Positions 60,451 to 64,000 of a stretch of DNA of 64,000 nt are shown piece by piece. Source of the stretch: Selaginella moellendorffii (taxonomy: Eukaryota; Plantae; Lycopodiophyta); contig NW_003314411.1 of assembly GCF_000143415.4 (NCBI RefSeq), positions 62,452-126,451 on the forward strand. The letters are read 5' to 3'. Position 1 is the first letter of the stretch. Each line of letters starts with the position of its first letter. The notes under the pieces are model-generated. The model ran no database searches. It was given only the letters and a program-made list of their open reading frames with translations, and was not told the DNA's origin. The translations under genes were made by a program, and so were the position numbers.

Positions 60451-62650
60451 AGAAAGAAGACTATCAGCTCTGTGACAAGGCTGCTACGCTAGTGTACCTT
60501 GAGCGGGAAAGTCTTCTCCCGAGCTTTCAAAATGGTATCGGCAAAGCGACCTTTCAGCAGAGCTGCACGAACGCTCTTTTCGGGAGAGACTGGCCTCTCA
60601 GATTGGAGTTCTCTGCTGCTGCAAAGCTCATGAGAAGCCAGAAAATCGTCACGCTTCACGCTTACATTTTTCGGCTTGAGATTCAGGTAAGTCCCCAGCC
60701 TCCCCAGGTCTGACTGTTACGGGCTCTGGAACATATCACACAAAAAAGATTAGTATCCCGCTGAGAAAAATGAATCCTCCATGGACAAGCAGCAGCAGGC
60801 AGTGCATGAACGGAGACCCACAAATGAAAAGAATGCAAAGTGTGCACAAGACGGCACCCACGTTTTGCACCGTCAATCTTGTCAGACGGGCTGGATAATT
60901 GCTCGCGAACAGCACCAAAACCCATAGGCTCCTGGCAAGAATACCGCACGGAAGGGCAGTTCAGCCACCTCCAAAAAAAAATCCCCCCCACTTCCACGAG
61001 AAAAGAAAAGAATCGCTCTCACTCACTCCTCTCTTTTTTTCTGCCTAACTAGTCACCGTTCCCGTTCCCCAAGCAAATACCTTCTGAGAGGTAGGCTTCT
61101 CTATACCAGCAGTTCGAGGACCTTCGGCGTCGGAATCGCTGTGAGAAGAGCTCCCGGAATCCGATTCTGAAAAAAAAAACCGGTTGTCAAGCATGCCTGG
61201 GCACACAAAAAACATACCACTGGAATCTGAACCAGAGCTGCTGGAAGAACTTCCTCCAGACGACTCTCTTCCATCATTAGGTGTATCTTTGTCAACTACA
61301 ACAGGTGAATAATTGGCTGTAGGCATGTCGTCCTCTCCATCGATATCAACGTCCTCATCTAGCCCTTCACCACCTAGACGATCATTAACATATATCAGAC
61401 ACTTACGACGACGAGAACTCAAGAACATACTCTTTCGACTCTTCTTCGGTGAATCTCCCGGAGCCGTTCCCCCAGTCTGCTGGGAAAGACAAAGACAAAG
61501 AACACAGGTCAAAGTAAGAACTACCAACGACAAGAAATACCTTGATGCCTTCTGCTGGCTGCGGCCGGGGCCTCTTCTTGTTTTTCGGCTTCATACAGCT
61601 CGCAACCATCTTGTGAAGCTCCCATAGTGTGTCGTTGTCGATCCCATCAATGTCGACTTCGATCGTATCTTCGCTCTGGCTAAGGTTTGGGTTGTGCTTC
61701 TTGAGTAGCAAAACGATCTCGTCGGCTTTGTCACCTGGGTTCTGCTCCAACACCTTCTCCAGATTCTTACCCAGCTCCGTCTTCTCCTCGTAAGTCATCT
61801 GTCTCTTGCCCGACTTCTTGCTTCCCCTGGGAGCCCCGGCGGGTTTCTTGAGCGACGACAATTGATCCTCGATGCTGAGGAGGCTCTGCTTGAGGTTCTG
61901 CAAGGCCGGGTTTGGGTTCCCCTGAGCAATCTCCGCAAACACCTCGTCCTCCACCCGGCACTTGGTCTGCTCCTCCTCCAGCTTCTCCTTGATGCACCTC
62001 CACCTCTCATCGAAAATCTGGCGAAGTATGTCCGCCATGATGAACACGTCGTGCCCGGGCGGGTTGTAAGTCATGGCATTCGAAAAGGTGAGCTTGACAT
62101 CGTCCGCAAACTCGACTGGCGTGCGGTAGTGGCCGCCCTCGAGCTTCTTCTTGATGGTGCCCAGGTCCATGGGCCGCCGGATCACCTTGTGGTAGTCGTG
62201 GAGCCCGAGTTTGACAGCGTCCACGGGCTCGTTGAAAACCCAAGCGTGCTTGTGGGTGATGAGCTTCTTGAGCAGCGTCCCACACTGTTTCATTATGTCG
62301 CCCATCCTCTTCATCCGCGCTAGCTCCACCCTTTGCCGCTTGTTGTCAATGTCGCCCTTAGTCCCTTTCTTGGGCGGGACGAGCGCCTTGGGCTTGACCT
62401 TCTCCGGCGGCGGCATCTTGTCCTTGGCCGAGAAATACTCCGAGGTGCTGTACATCTGATTCGCCTTGGGCGTCCGCTTCTCCTTGCTGCTGCCGCCCGT
62501 GCCCGGCGTGCCGAGAGTGCCCGACGATCTGGACTGCTGCTCTAGCGCCTCAATCTTGGTGCTAATCCCGATAACCTGTTCCAGGTCGAGCTTCAAGCGC
62601 TTGCGGACCTCGCGCTTGGATTCTTTCGGCATTGCCGACACAGATTCCAT
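59814..62650 (-). CDS. GTE: GTE/BET bromodomain and extra-terminal protein, multi-exon
   Basis: WVFNEPVD...[14 protein letters not shown]...F.NAMTYNP bromodomain; ET domain (MTYEEK...IEVDID...LWEL); C-terminal [17 protein letters not shown] region and [15 protein letters not shown]...[11 protein letters not shown]. Confidence 0.93.
60422..60450. repeat. (AC)n microsatellite in a GTE intron
   Basis: Direct reading. Confidence 0.9.
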
Positions 62651-63793
62651 CGATCACACGCACCTGGAGGCCGATCCCCACACCCTAATCACTAGGCCAG
62701 GGCTCGGCGGCAGATCCCTACCGAAACCCTAGAACACATGACGGAAGAGAGGAACCGAGGGCTCCTTTAAAAGCGGTGTCCACGCTGTCCTGGCCGTTAG
62801 ATCCCCATCGGGCGGTCCACATTCCTCGGGGCCCCCGGCCGTTGGATCCCGGATCGGACGTCGATTTTGATCTCTAGCCGTCGGATGTGCATCGCACGGC
62901 TGGCGCCCCGGGCAGCCGGTCCGCCGTCGGATGCGTGTAAACGGTTTCGATGGGGCTGCCCGTGGTACACGTGGCGGGACTGCAACCGCAGGCGCCCTAT
63001 CCGTAAAATGGAAAAGAAAGTTTTTTCACACGGTTTCCCCAGACGCGGGGGAATCTTCACTGATACCGTGGCGATATTTTTTTTCTCTCTCTCGCTGGCA
63101 CTTTATAAGTATCTAGAGTCGGGTTCGCGATCTCGACACGTGTTGCCGCTCAACACCGTTGATTTGCGTCTTCTTGTGTTCGTCACTCAGGCCTGTACTG
63201 TCGTCACTAGAGCTCGATCGGGAGCTTCTCGGAGGATTGACAGATTTTCACAGAATTTCTCATCCCTGTGACTCAAATAAAAATGATCGATCGCTCAGAA
63301 CCTGCTGGAACAAAGTCCCAATCCTATCAAAAGATCTTCTTGTTCGAGTTCATCACTGCGAGCCCCAAATCACTCAGCGCTTCTTAGAGGGTATTTCCCC
63401 ACATCAGGCACAAAGAATGGCCTCTAGGGTGGAAATATGAGCTTCATCACGGTGAAAAACCCCGATAATCCCACGCACACAACGCCTAGAAAACACTCCT
63501 CATAGCAGACAGATCTCAGCACTAGATCAGCAATTGAAACGACGATTCGCGAGAAATCACAGGAGCCAGAGATTTTCCAGTCCAAGTGGCCGCTTGGATC
63601 ACCCGGAGATCGCAAGCGGATGGAAGAGCGACTGGAGAGACACTATGTCTTGCCGCCGCCAGGGCGAGATCGCAGCAGCGCCCAAACGGGGCGCTGCCGC
63701 CACACAACGCAAGAACCCTAGAAATTGACCTAGAACCACATTTTTTATGATCGAGAGCTAGGGTTTTCTGATCGCGGTGATCTGGTGGAAGCG

Positions 63794-64000
63794 ATGTCGG
63801 TAAGGTTTTTGCTAGCGCCGATCGATTCCTGGAGCTGAGAGCTTCCGCCTTGGCAGATTTTCACCTACAATGGCAGCGCCTTGGTTGCGATGGTCGGAAA
63901 GGATTGCTTTGCCATAGCCAGTGATCGCCGGCTTGGTGTGAATTTCCAGACGATAGCTACGGATTTTCAGCGCATTTTCAAGATCCATGACAAGCTCTAT
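63794..64000 (+). CDS. PBC: 20S proteasome beta-3 subunit, 5' part (runs off the window)
   Basis: MS|IFTYNGSALVAMVGKDCFAIASDRRLGVNFQTIATDFQRIFKIHDKLY. Confidence 0.95.

Noticed and set aside
63100-63700. Possible unannotated transcript or ncRNA between GTE and the proteasome gene (TATA-like at about 63103)
   Set aside because: No convincing ORF, hairpin or snoRNA box pair; it may be promoter or UTR sequence.

Overview
Gene-dense land-plant nuclear DNA with very short (about 50-70 nt) GT-AG introns and tiny intergenic gaps. The compact architecture and the PPR motif types suggest a lycophyte, probably Selaginella (inference). About 26 protein genes and one tRNA-Gln(CTG) are interrupted by AT-rich, mostly transposon-derived blocks (1-4.6 kb, 31.8-39.1 kb) and an AT-rich spacer (45.7-47.6 kb). 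Recognisable genes: KLCR-type TPR, three PLS-class PPRs, SET/Rubisco-LSMT family, CGI121, two CASP-like, EAF7, mitochondrial TPR, RPS16, PSKR-type LRR-RLK, cathepsin B, P4H, GRDP, NHX, SPX, EF-hand, ADP/ATP carrier, extensin, GTE bromodomain and proteasome beta-3. Five observations stand out. (1) A multi-exon gene at 16.1-17.8 kb joins a plant-type N-terminal zinc-finger block to a clear SCA7 domain, making it a candidate SGF73/ataxin-7 orthologue; it has one in-frame TAG and sits head-to-head with NuA4 EAF7 across a tRNA. (2) The 19.2-22.6 kb block has an inverted, circularly permuted, deletion-riddled copy bracketing 31.05-39.5 kb, consistent with duplication via a DNA circle. (3) A secreted protein is built only of two kissper (kiwellin N-terminal) modules. 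(4) A divergent PEBP-like ORF carries a signal peptide. (5) A Cys-containing extensin has a frame break at a G6 run. Exon boundaries were read by eye, and family assignments rest on remembered motifs, not database searches.
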